A stretch of 44,783 nucleotides of DNA from Chloroflexota bacterium (GCA_025935415.1 JAICVI010000003.1:1-44783), one strand, 5' to 3'. Counted from the stretch's first letter, positions 17,159 through 26,264 are shown. Notes: generated by a model not told the origin, from the sequence alone. Numbers and translations are program-made.

Positions 17159-19714
17159 ATGACCCTCGACACCCTGCTCAGCGCCGCACTCGACCTGGCC
17201 TTCTTCGCGGTCTTCGCCCTCAGCCTCGTCGACTGGGTCCGTCACCGCGGCGCGATCCGTCGAGCCGTGGTCCTGGGCTTTGCGAGCACCTCGATCGTGC
17301 TCGGTGCGCCGCTGGTCGCACGGGTGCTGCCATCGATGGCCGGCGCCATCAACGCGCTCATCGTGCCGGCGCTGCTCGCACAGCCGCTCCTCGCCCTGTG
17401 GCTCGTCAGCTACATGCGCAGGATCCCGCGGGCAGTCCTCGGCGCAACGACGCTCGCGTTCGTGGTGCTCACCGCCGGCCTGTTCCTGCTCGCCTCCGGA
17501 GGCGTCGAGCCTCGCTCGCCAGCCGTCGTGGCCTACGCCCTCGCCGCGCTCGCCTATTTCGCCCTCGTCGACGGCGCCGCCGCGATCGGCTTCGCGCTGG
17601 CGGCGCGCGGGCGTGCCGGGGCATCGCGATCACGCCTGCTCACGGCGGCCCTGGCGACAGCCCTCCTGGGTCTGGCCGTCGTCCTGCTGCTCGGTGGCGG
17701 GGTCCTCACCGCACCCGGCTCGGATGCCGCAATTGCCTCCGGCGTCATGGTCCGCGTCATCGCCCTGCTGGCCGCGCTCGGCTACCTCGCCGCGTTCGCG
17801 CCGCCGCGGGCGCTCCGGCGGTTCAGCCAGCAGGTCATCGCCTATGACTTCATCCGGAACCTGAACGCGATGCCGTCCGGGGCGGACGTGGAGAGCATCT
17901 GGCGCCTCCTCGAGTCGACGGTCGAGCGCGCCTCGGGCGCCACCCGTGTCGCCGTGGTCGAGCATCCGGCCGTGACCTCGGAGGTCGCCGCGTCGGTTCC
18001 CACGGTCGCGGCCGCCCGAACGGTCTCGGTGCCATTCGACTCCGCGCGCTGGCCCGACGCCCGACTCGAGCTCGACCTGCCCCGCCATTCGCTCTTCGTC
18101 GAGGACGACCTCGAGCTCACCGGGCTGCTCCTCGATCGCAGCGTGCGGGCCGCCGAACGTGAGGCCTTCCTGGTCGAGCGCGAGCACCTCATCACCGAGC
18201 TCCGCGCGGCGAGCGCCGCCAAGAGCGACTTCCTCGCCGCCATGAGCCACGAGCTCCGCACGCCGCTCAACGCGATCATCGGCTTCTCGGAGCTCCTCAC
18301 CGAGGACGGACCCGATGCCGCCGACCCGGAGACGGTCGTGAGCTACGCCGGCCACATCCACGGCTCCGGGCTGCACCTGCTCGAGCTCGTCAACGACGTC
18401 CTCGACCTCGCCCGGGTGGAGGCTGGCCGCCTCGACCTCAAGCCGGTCCCCGTGGACCTCGGGGCGCTCATCGCCCAGACGGTCGCCGCGGTGCGGCCGC
18501 TCGCCGACGAGAAGCACCTCAGCGTCGTCCAGGACCTGGAGGACGTCACGATCGACGCGGACCCACCGCGGGTGCGCCAGATCGTGCTGAACCTGCTCTC
18601 CAACGCCATAAAGTTCACGGGCGACGGGGGTGAGATTCGAATCTCGCTCGCGACCGACGACAACGGCGCCGCGCAGCTCCGCGTGGCCGACACGGGACGC
18701 GGCATCGCCGCGGGGGACCTTGACCGCATCTTCGAGGCCTTTCAGCAGGGCAGCGAGGACGCGATGACGCCGCACCACGAGGGCACGGGCCTGGGGCTCG
18801 CGCTCACCCGACAGCTCGTCGAGGCGCACGGCGGCACCGTCAGGGTCACCTCGGAGATCGGCGTGGGCAGCGAGTTCAGCGTCACCCTGCCCGCGCAGGG
18901 TCTCGCCGAGGTGACCGACGCCGCGCGGCCGCCTGCGATCCCGACCGATCGGCCCAGCGTGCTCGTCATCGAGGACGACCATGCCGCGCAGGAGCTGCTG
19001 CGCCGGCACCTCGAGGGCGCGGGCTACGCCGTCGTCACCACGTCGAGCGGCAAGCAGGGCCTCGCCTGGATGGCGGAGATCCGCCCCGACGCGGTGCTGC
19101 TGGACATCCTGCTGCCCGACCTGGATGGCTGGGAGATCCTGCAGCGCGCCAAGAGCGACCCGACGACGCGGTCGATCCCGATCATGGTCGTCTCGATCGT
19201 CGACGATCGACAGCTTGGCCTCGCCCTCGGCGCGGTCGACTACTTCGTCAAGCCCGTCTCCCGCGAGCTGCTGCTCGAGGCGCTCGGTCGCCTGACCTTC
19301 ACGACGAAGGTCCAGACGCGAACGGTCACGGCGCTCGTCATCGATGCCGACCCCGAGGCGGCTGCCCGCTACCGGGAGATCCTCGAGCCGGATGGCTTCC
19401 GGGTCATCGACGCCGTCACCGGCGCCGATGGGCGACGTCGCGCCGCCGATGAGCAGCCCGACCTGATCCTGCTCGACGCGCTGCTGCCGGACATCCATGG
19501 CTTCGAGCTGGCCAACGAGCTCCACCACGACCCGGCGACCGCCACGATCCCGATCTGGCTCACGACGCCGGCGGGCCTCGAGCCCGAGGCGAAGCTCCAG
19601 CTCAACGGCACCGTACAGGGCATCCTCGAGCGGGGCGACGAAGCCCTCGCGGCCCTCCGCAAGTGGCTGGAGACGCCGACGCGCGTCCCCGGGCTGAACA
19701 AGGTTCGGGCATGA
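17159..19714 (+). CDS. Membrane hybrid histidine kinase (multi-TM, HisKA, HATPase, two REC domains)
   Basis: Hydrophobic N-terminus, MSHELRTPLNAIIGF, NLLSNAIKFT, DTGRGI, GTGLGL and two C-terminal receivers. Confidence 0.93.
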   Translation: MTLDTLLSAALDLAFFAVFALSLVDWVRHRGAIRRAVVLGFASTSIVLGAPLVARVLPSMAGAINALIVPALLAQPLLALWLVSYMRRIPRAVLGATTLAFVVLTAGLFLLASGGVEPRSPAVVAYALAALAYFALVDGAAAIGFALAARGRAGASRSRLLTAALATALLGLAVVLLLGGGVLTAPGSDAAIASGVMVRVIALLAALGYLAAFAPPRALRRFSQQVIAYDFIRNLNAMPSGADVESIWRLLESTVERASGATRVAVVEHPAVTSEVAASVPTVAAARTVSVPFDSARWPDARLELDLPRHSLFVEDDLELTGLLLDRSVRAAEREAFLVEREHLITELRAASAAKSDFLAAMSHELRTPLNAIIGFSELLTEDGPDAADPETVVSYAGHIHGSGLHLLELVNDVLDLARVEAGRLDLKPVPVDLGALIAQTVAAVRPLADEKHLSVVQDLEDVTIDADPPRVRQIVLNLLSNAIKFTGDGGEIRISLATDDNGAAQLRVADTGRGIAAGDLDRIFEAFQQGSEDAMTPHHEGTGLGLALTRQLVEAHGGTVRVTSEIGVGSEFSVTLPAQGLAEVTDAARPPAIPTDRPSVLVIEDDHAAQELLRRHLEGAGYAVVTTSSGKQGLAWMAEIRPDAVLLDILLPDLDGWEILQRAKSDPTTRSIPIMVVSIVDDRQLGLALGAVDYFVKPVSRELLLEALGRLTFTTKVQTRTVTALVIDADPEAAARYREILEPDGFRVIDAVTGADGRRRAADEQPDLILLDALLPDIHGFELANELHHDPATATIPIWLTTPAGLEPEAKLQLNGTVQGILERGDEALAALRKWLETPTRVPGLNKVRA

Positions 19715-20127
19715 CCGCGCTGCCGCGGGGCCACGGGCCGCTGCTCCTGGCCGTCGAGGACGAGCCGCGGAACGCCGCGCTCCTCGAGGCGATCCTCGGG
19801 CGGGCCGGGTATCGCCTGTACGTCGCGACCGGGGTCGAAGAGGCCCGGGCGTTTCTTGCCCAGGAGACGCCCGCGATGGTCCTTCTCGATCGCCATCTCC
19901 CGGACGGCGACGGTCTCGACCTCATCCCCGAGATCCGCGGCGACGATCGACTGGGGGACGTTCCGATCCTGCTCGTGAGCGCAAGCGTGCTTCCGCGCGA
20001 CGTCCAGGTCGCGATGGATGCGGGCGCCGACGGCTTCCTCGCCAAGCCGGTCCGCGTGAAGCCCCTGGTCGAGGAGGTCCGGCGGCTGCTGGACGCGGGC
20101 GCGGTGGCGCCGAAACTGGCAGACTAG
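19711..20127 (+). CDS. Single-domain response regulator (CheY-like)
   Basis: ATGA overlap with the kinase stop; AVEDE, LLDRHLPDGDG, GADGFLAKP. Confidence 0.9.
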   Translation: MTALPRGHGPLLLAVEDEPRNAALLEAILGRAGYRLYVATGVEEARAFLAQETPAMVLLDRHLPDGDGLDLIPEIRGDDRLGDVPILLVSASVLPRDVQVAMDAGADGFLAKPVRVKPLVEEVRRLLDAGAVAPKLAD

Positions 20128-20171
20128 CCGCCGCCCCGGCTCGGCCATGCCGGCCGGGAGTGAAGCCACGT

Positions 20172-20256
20172 GGGTCGGTTGGGCAGGTGGTGAGCCCAAG
20201 GGTCTGTAAAACCCTCGTCTTCGACTGTGGCAGTTCGATTCTGCCCCGGCCCACCA
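20172..20256 (+). tRNA. tRNA-Tyr(GTA)
   Basis: Acceptor GGGTCGG/CCGGCCC-ACCA, anticodon arm AGGGT-CT-GTA-AA-ACCCT, long variable arm, T-arm GGCAG-TTCGATT-CTGCC; 85 nt. Confidence 0.93.
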
Positions 20257-20324
20257 ACCGCTTCCGCCGCGCAGCGTCCTTCCCCTTGGACCGAGACGGT
20301 CCTTCCCCGGCGCGATCTGGCGAT

Positions 20325-20374
20325 GCGGTCGGGTGCGATTTTGTGTGATCTGGTGCGGTCGGGTGCGGTACGGT
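20325..20374. repeat. Degenerate 5/10-bp periodic repeat
   Basis: GCGGT CGGGT GCGAT TTTGT GTGAT CTGGT GCGGT CGGGT GCGGT ACGGT. Confidence 0.6.
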
Positions 20375-20534
20375 GATGTCGCAAGGAGTACCTGTCGAGG
20401 TGGGACCTCCGGGTTGACGACACGCACCGGCCCGGCGGCGACAGTCTCTTCACCTTGCGCGCACGTGCCCGCTCGCAGGGAGGGACTCATAACCGGCCCG
20501 TTCGGGCCGCGCAGCGGAAGGACAGAAGCAAGAG

Positions 20535-21332
20535 ATGAACGCGCGCAACCGGCTGGCAGCGCTGCTGGCCGCAGGATCCCTGGTGATGGCGGTCGCCGCC
20601 GTGGCATCGGCTGGCTCCCCGACCTACAGCGTCACGGTGACGAAGTCGGCGACCCCGGCGAACGTCCCGAGCGGCGGCGGCACCGTGGTCTACACGGTCG
20701 CGGTGCAGGCGACGGGCTCAGGCTTCTTCGGCACCGTTTCCGTCGACGACGGGATGGCCGGTTGCACCCTCGGCGCGCCGAGCGGCGATACCGACTCCGA
20801 TGGCAACCTGGACCCCGGCGAGACCTGGTCGTACAGCTGCTCGGTCAACGGCGTGATGCCCGGTGCCCAGAACACGGCCTCCGTGAACGCCTGCCACAAC
20901 AGCAGTGGCGCCTGCAACCAGAGCACCCATGACGCCACCGCCACCAGCAACACGGTCACGATCGGCCAGGGTCCGGACATCACCGCGGCCCCGACAACGG
21001 AGCCGTCTGCGGTGCCCACGGCGGTTCCCACCGCGGTCCCCACGGCCGTCCCGACCGCCGTCCCGACCGCCGTCCCGACCGCGGTTCCCTCCGCCCCCGT
21101 CGTGACGGAGCCGCCGACTTCCGCGGCCGTTCCGACGCCGTCCGCCAACCCGACTGCCGACGTCGGGGACGACGTGGACGCGACGCTGCCCAGCAGCGAC
21201 ACGGCCATCGGTGGCGGCGCCACGCAGCCGCCGGATCGCAGCTGGATGCTGGTCATCGCGCTCGGCATGCTGCTCGCGAGCATCATCGTGATGAACCCGT
21301 CACGGACCGTCCGCGAGGACGAGCGCCGGTAA
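20535..21332 (+). CDS. Secreted Ig-like (DUF11/DUF7507-like) surface protein with PTAV repeats and C-terminal anchor
   Basis: Signal peptide; VTKSA...VVYTV...GDTDSDGNLDPGETWSYSC; (PTAV)6; TLPSSDT, then TM and Arg-containing tail. Confidence 0.8.
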   Translation: MNARNRLAALLAAGSLVMAVAAVASAGSPTYSVTVTKSATPANVPSGGGTVVYTVAVQATGSGFFGTVSVDDGMAGCTLGAPSGDTDSDGNLDPGETWSYSCSVNGVMPGAQNTASVNACHNSSGACNQSTHDATATSNTVTIGQGPDITAAPTTEPSAVPTAVPTAVPTAVPTAVPTAVPTAVPSAPVVTEPPTSAAVPTPSANPTADVGDDVDATLPSSDTAIGGGATQPPDRSWMLVIALGMLLASIIVMNPSRTVREDERR

Positions 21333-21350
21333 CGTCCCTTCCGCGAGCAC

Positions 21351-21381
21351 CGAAAGGCCCGGGTTGAACCCGGGCCTTTCG
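21351..21381. terminator. Probable bidirectional intrinsic terminator
   Basis: CGAAAGGCCCGGGTT-G-AACCCGGGCCTTTCG inverted repeat between convergent genes. Confidence 0.85.
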
Positions 21382-21386
21382 CCGTT

Positions 21387-22208
21387 TCAGCCGCTGGCGG
21401 GCACGTCGAGCGCGGCGTGGAGGGCGAACGAGTTCCTGCGGAGCCAGGCCCGATCCGCGAGGTGGGTGGGGCGGCGTGACGCCACCATCTCCCAGAACGC
21501 GGGCCCGTGGCCGAAGACCCGAAGGTGCGCCAGCTCGTGGACCACGACGGTTTCCAGCGATGCCGGCGGCGCGAGCACGAGCCGCCACGACAACATCAGC
21601 CGGCCCTTCCGCGACGCGCTCCCCCAGCGGCTCCTGGGGTCGCGGATGTCGACCTTCACCGCGTGCACCCCGATGGCCGCGGCATGCGCAACCACGGATG
21701 CGTCGATCGCCTCGCGTGCCCGCTCCCGGAACCAGGCCGTCAGGATCCGGTCGACGCCGCGGCGTTCTCGCGCGGTGATGCGGACGAGCAGCTCCGGCTC
21801 GCCCGCGGTCGCGACCGCCTCGACCGTCGTTCGGACCGGTGCCAGCGCCGTCGGGGCGGCAGCAATCACCCGGACACGATGCAGCTCGCCGCGGTAGGGC
21901 ACCAGCCCGCCCTCGCGAGCGCCGCCGCGGGCCGTGGCGGCGGCTTGATCCCGCTCGAGGGCCTCCAGGTGCCGGACGAGCCAGGCCTCCCGCTCGCGCA
22001 GGAACGCCTCGATGCGAGGCTCGGGGTTTGCCCAACCACGACGCGTCGCGGGCGGAACCGAGACGACCACACCGTCGCGCGGATCGATCGTGACCCGGAG
22101 GCCGCGAGAGCGCGCCGAGCGACGTAGGCGATACTCGACCGATCGTCGGGCTAGCCGGATGGCGCGCGCCGGCTCCGGCTGGAGGGGTTGGACATCCGGA
22201 TGTCGCAT
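21387..22208 (-). CDS. M48/YgjP (DUF45, SprT-like) zinc metallohydrolase
   Basis: RRSARSRGLRVTI, RSRWGSAS, LSWRLVLAP, VVVHELAHL and HGPAFW. ATG 22208 chosen because the longer ORF overlaps the next gene. Confidence 0.85.
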   Translation of the reverse strand: MRHPDVQPLQPEPARAIRLARRSVEYRLRRSARSRGLRVTIDPRDGVVVSVPPATRRGWANPEPRIEAFLREREAWLVRHLEALERDQAAATARGGAREGGLVPYRGELHRVRVIAAAPTALAPVRTTVEAVATAGEPELLVRITARERRGVDRILTAWFRERAREAIDASVVAHAAAIGVHAVKVDIRDPRSRWGSASRKGRLMLSWRLVLAPPASLETVVVHELAHLRVFGHGPAFWEMVASRRPTHLADRAWLRRNSFALHAALDVPASG

Positions 22209-22219
22209 CTGGAGACATC

Positions 22220-23374
22220 GTGACAGGGCAGCGGCCCTCGCGGCACGCCGAGGAGGACCCGCGGCGAGGCGCACTGCCCGTCGCGGAGCGACGCACCGAC
22301 GGCGGCGCAGACCGCGGCGCGCAGCTTGAGGAGCTGTCCGTCCACGCGGTGATCCGGCCTCGCGGCGGCCGTCTCGGCGGGTCGAGCGTGGTGGCGATCC
22401 TTGCCCTGGTCGCGCTGCTGGCAGCCGGATTCGGCGTCCTCGGAGGCCGTCCCCAGCCGTCCCTGCCCGGCATCGCGGCGTCCCTGCTGCCCAGCCTGCT
22501 CGCCAACGGAACCAACGCGCCAGCCGCGTCGCCGGCGCGAACGCCGTCGGTAACCCCCGCGTCGGCCTGCGGAGCGCTTCCCCGAGACGGGCCACCCGGG
22601 GTCATGCTCACCGTCGGCGATCACCTCATGGCCGGCCAGGTCTCGGCCATCGACGACCCGAACGCGACGCCCGGGCCGCATCGCGAGCCCATCGAGATCC
22701 CGGCGGACGCAACGGCCGATCTGCGGATTGCGGCAGGCGCCTGCGCAACCAGCTGGCACATCGCCGTCTGGTCTCCATCCGACGGCCAGCTCTACCCGGT
22801 CGACGTCGTGTCGAATCCGGACCGGGACCCGGCGGTCGCCCTGCAGAACGAGTTCTCCCTGGTCCTCGCGCCGTTCCGCACCATCATCGCCGAACAGCTC
22901 GAGCTGCATGCCGAGCTCCAGGTTGGGGACCGGGACATCCTGGCCCGCTGGCCGATCCGGGTCCTGCCATTCGATCGACCCCAGCCGCGCCTCCGGATCA
23001 GCCGGAACCAGGTCATCCCGCTGGTCGAGGGCTGCGACGTCGTGCTGACCTTCGGCAACGGCTACGAGGAGCCGATGGCCTGCAGCGACGACCTCAGCGC
23101 GGAGCTGCCGCCGGCGACGCGGGTGGCGCCCGGAACCGAGATGTCGCTGGACTTCGACGGCTGGTCGATCGGTGACACGATCGCCTACTGCGGGTCGAGC
23201 CTGGAGCTCGCATTCGTCCTGCGGTCGGCTCCGGGCTGCGAGCAGCATCCGCCACACGGGCGCTTCTTCCACGCGCCCGAGGCGGGCGATTGGACGATCG
23301 CCCTGGGCGCCTGCGCGATCAACGCCGGCAACAGGATCTGCGGGACCTGGTTCGTCGACCTCGACACCCGCTAG
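22220..23374 (+). CDS. Hypothetical membrane-anchored extracellular protein, Cys-rich
   Basis: GGAG RBS before GTG; one TM (SVVAILALVALLAAGFGVLGG); beta-rich ectodomain with 8 Cys. Confidence 0.65.
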   Translation: MTGQRPSRHAEEDPRRGALPVAERRTDGGADRGAQLEELSVHAVIRPRGGRLGGSSVVAILALVALLAAGFGVLGGRPQPSLPGIAASLLPSLLANGTNAPAASPARTPSVTPASACGALPRDGPPGVMLTVGDHLMAGQVSAIDDPNATPGPHREPIEIPADATADLRIAAGACATSWHIAVWSPSDGQLYPVDVVSNPDRDPAVALQNEFSLVLAPFRTIIAEQLELHAELQVGDRDILARWPIRVLPFDRPQPRLRISRNQVIPLVEGCDVVLTFGNGYEEPMACSDDLSAELPPATRVAPGTEMSLDFDGWSIGDTIAYCGSSLELAFVLRSAPGCEQHPPHGRFFHAPEAGDWTIALGACAINAGNRICGTWFVDLDTR

Positions 23375-23403
23375 CGCCGACGCAGCGGCGCGCCGCCGGG
23401 ACC

Positions 23404-25311
23404 TCAGCCCTCGGCGATGACCCCGATCGAGACGCGGAAACCGGCCCGCCGCTGGAGCGGCGGCATGGCCGTCGACTGCCCGACAGGGCCGGAGGCGTCG
23501 AAGACCTTGCTCCACTCCTCGTTGAAGATGTCGAAGTCGGCCGAGTCCCGCAGCGACCAGTTCGCCCAGACGACCTTGTCGATCGAGGAGCCGGCCTCCT
23601 CCAGGCGCGCCTTGAGGTTCTCGAGGCACTGCCGGGCGTGCTCCTTGACGCCACCGGGCACGACGCGCTTGCCGTCCGCATCGACCGGCCCGACCGCCGA
23701 GATGTAGACCATGCCACCCGCCCGCGTGGCCTTGCCGCGACCCATCGCGAGGACAGACGGCGGCACCGCGTCCGCGTCCTTGAGCCCGAAGCGGCCCTTG
23801 AGCGTCCGGGTGGGCTTGTCCGGGTCTTCCGGCGGAATCCCGAACTCGCCCTTGGGGAGCTCCACCCCCGCCCGCGCGAACTGGCCCATGAACGTGGGCC
23901 GGACGCCGGTGGGGGCCAGATCGCCCTGGATCTTGCCGTCGACGACCGCGGTCTGCTGGTAGGTGAAGATGTCCTGGGTCAGGATCTCGTCGTCCTCGAT
24001 CCCGTAGACCTCGGTGATGTTCGTGACCTTGCGCGAGCCGTCCTTGAGCCGCGCGGTGTGGACGATGAGGTCGACCGCCGACGCGATCTGCTCGCGGATC
24101 GCGCGGAGCGGCAGCTCGTAGCCGGTCATGAGGACCATCGTCTCGAGGCGTCGGAGCATGTCCTTCGGCGTGTTCGCGTGGCCCGTTGAGAGCGAGCCGT
24201 CCTGGCCGGTGGTCATCGCCTGGAGCATGTCCAGGGCCTCGCCCGAGCGACACTCGCCGACGATGATCCGGTCGGGGCGCATGTGCATGGCGTTGCGCAG
24301 GAGGTCGCGGATCGTGATCTCGCCCTGGCCCTCGATGTTGGCCGGGCGCGCCTCCAGCGTGATCACGTGCTCCTGGCGCAGCTGCAGCTCGGCCGCGTCC
24401 TCGATGGTGACGATCCGCTCGTCGTTCGGGATGAACGACGAGACGACGTTCAGGAAGGTCGTCTTGCCGGAGCCCGTGCCACCGGACACGAAGATGTTCA
24501 GCCGCGCCGCCACGCACGACCGCAGGAACTCGAACATCTCCGGGGTCGCCGTCCCGAAGGAAATCAGGTTGTCGACCGTGTAGGGCGTCTTCGAGAACTT
24601 CCGGACGGTGATGACCGGGCCGATCAGCGAGAGCGGCGCGATGATCGCGTTGACGCGCGAGCCGTCGGGCAGGCGGGCGTCGACGCGCGGGCTCGTCTCG
24701 TCGATGCGCCGCCCCAGCGGGGTGATGATCCGGTCGATGATCCGGAGGACGTGCTCCTCGTTCAGGAACGCGGTGTCGACCTTCAGGATCTTGCCCTTGC
24801 GCTCGATGTAGATGTGATCGGGGCCATTGACCATGACCTCGGTGATGGTCGGGTCGTTGAGGAGCGGCTCGAGGGGCCCGAAGCCCGTGATCTCGTGGAT
24901 CATCTCCTCGACGAGGCGGACGCGCTCGTCCCGGGTGACGGCGAAGTTGTTCGCCTCGATGACCCGGTCGACGATGCCCTCGATCTTCGTCCTGGTGTCG
25001 GTCGCCGTGCCGTCGAGGAGCGTGTCGAAGGCGTTGATGACCTCGCCCTGCATCTTGATGCGGAGGTCGTGGATCATCTCCTCGCGAGCGACGGTCCTCG
25101 GGCCCGAGGGCTTGACGGGCTTGGCCTCGGGGATGATCGCGGGGAGATTCGAGCCTGGCGGCGCGTCGGGAAGCGCCGCCGCCCCATTGCCGGACGCATT
25201 GGCCGAGGCATTGGCCGACACATTGGCCGACTCGGCGGGTCGGGTGGCGGTGCCGGCCGCGGCGGCCTCAGCCTCCTGGGCCGCCTTGAGCTGCCGTTCG
25301 AGCAGCGACAT
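23404..25311 (-). CDS. cpaF: CpaF/TadA-family pilus assembly ATPase fused to a C-terminal RidA/YjgF-like domain
   Basis: GFGPLEPLL, VDARLPDGSRVN, Walker A GGTGSGKT, TIEDAAEL, MRPDRIIVGE, STGHAN; the last ~115 aa read GGMVYIS...ARQCLENLKARLEEAGSSIDKVV...DFDIFNEEW. ATG 25311 follows GGGGAG. Confidence 0.9.
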   Translation of the reverse strand: MSLLERQLKAAQEAEAAAAGTATRPAESANVSANASANASGNGAAALPDAPPGSNLPAIIPEAKPVKPSGPRTVAREEMIHDLRIKMQGEVINAFDTLLDGTATDTRTKIEGIVDRVIEANNFAVTRDERVRLVEEMIHEITGFGPLEPLLNDPTITEVMVNGPDHIYIERKGKILKVDTAFLNEEHVLRIIDRIITPLGRRIDETSPRVDARLPDGSRVNAIIAPLSLIGPVITVRKFSKTPYTVDNLISFGTATPEMFEFLRSCVAARLNIFVSGGTGSGKTTFLNVVSSFIPNDERIVTIEDAAELQLRQEHVITLEARPANIEGQGEITIRDLLRNAMHMRPDRIIVGECRSGEALDMLQAMTTGQDGSLSTGHANTPKDMLRRLETMVLMTGYELPLRAIREQIASAVDLIVHTARLKDGSRKVTNITEVYGIEDDEILTQDIFTYQQTAVVDGKIQGDLAPTGVRPTFMGQFARAGVELPKGEFGIPPEDPDKPTRTLKGRFGLKDADAVPPSVLAMGRGKATRAGGMVYISAVGPVDADGKRVVPGGVKEHARQCLENLKARLEEAGSSIDKVVWANWSLRDSADFDIFNEEWSKVFDASGPVGQSTAMPPLQRRAGFRVSIGVIAEG

Positions 25312-25893
25312 CGACTCTTTCGACTCCCCCGCCTGCGGAGCGCCTCGACGCGAGCTTTGATCCGTCTGATCTTCGCGCTCGGTCCCGATCGGGATCAACC
25401 GTCCGAAGAACGCGCTGAGAATACATGCCGCCGCCCGGGCTCCCGTTCCAATCGGAAGTACTACGGGCGATGCGCCGCGGCGGCGGCTTCGCGGGACGGC
25501 ACGCACCGGCGTGCTCGTTGGGGTGTCGATCAGGGGCGGCGTGCATCCGCCTCGCGAGCGCTTCCGTCATCTACCAGCCCCCGCGGTATTGGACTGGCCG
25601 AAGGACCTCGTGGCGGGCTTCGCGGGCGGCGCCGGCGTCGGGTCGAGCGTGGGCGGATGCCCGGAACGCCCTCGGCGCCCCGCGCAGTCTCGTCCTGTAC
25701 CGCGCCCGGCGGTAGACGGAGGAGACCGGCCGCCCAAAGGCCCGCTGTACGGCCAGGGCCGATATTCGGAGGCAAGTGCCCCGCCGGTCGGAGCCACATG
25801 TGGCCACGGAATGCCATCCGGCATGCCCGCACCACGATTGCCGGCCGCCGTGGAGCGAGGAACGGGCCTTTGCTATGCTCCGCGCTCCGGCAT

Positions 25894-25969
<76 letters not shown>

Positions 25970-26008
25970 ACTTCCAGCGCCGGCACAGAAGAGGCGGAAC
26001 CGACGAAG

Positions 26009-26050
26009 GTGCAGAACCAGATCGCGGCCCTCGCGCTTACCACCGGGTAG
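26009..26050 (+). promoter_or_regulatory. Candidate leuS attenuator leader peptide MQNQIAALALTTG
   Basis: GTG...TAG with CTC and CTT Leu codons, followed by alternative hairpins and a terminator upstream of leuS. Confidence 0.45.
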
Positions 26051-26085
26051 CCCGGCGCACGAAGGTGCGTCAGAGCTGCCCTTGC

Positions 26086-26114
26086 AACCCCTTGCCGATC
26101 GGCGAGGGGTTTTT
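26086..26114 (+). terminator. Intrinsic terminator between tRNA-Ala and leuS
   Basis: AACCCCTTGCC-gatc-GGCGAGGGGTT stem running into a T5 tract. Confidence 0.85.
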
Positions 26115-26149
26115 GGTTGGGCGCGAGCCCCGGCGGCGGCGCCAATGGG

Positions 26150-26200
26150 GCGCACCCGAGCGGCGCACTCGACGGCGCACCCGAGCAGCGCACCCGAGCA
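26150..26200. repeat. 12-13-bp tandem repeat x4 in the leuS leader
   Basis: GCGCACCCGAGCG, GCGCACTCGACG, GCGCACCCGAGCA, GCGCACCCGAGCA. Confidence 0.75.
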
Positions 26201-26264
26201 GCGGCGTTGGCGGAGCCCGCAGCCGCCGTCACACTTGCACCACGCGACGATAGGAGCCACGACC

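Noticed and set aside
20380-20534. c-di-GMP riboswitch before the surface protein
   Set aside because: No class I or class II consensus visible; only a small GGCCCG-TT-CGGGCC hairpin.
25970-26120. T-box riboswitch for leuS
   Set aside because: No GGTGGNACC T-box bulge or specifier stem is recognisable, and the region is short.
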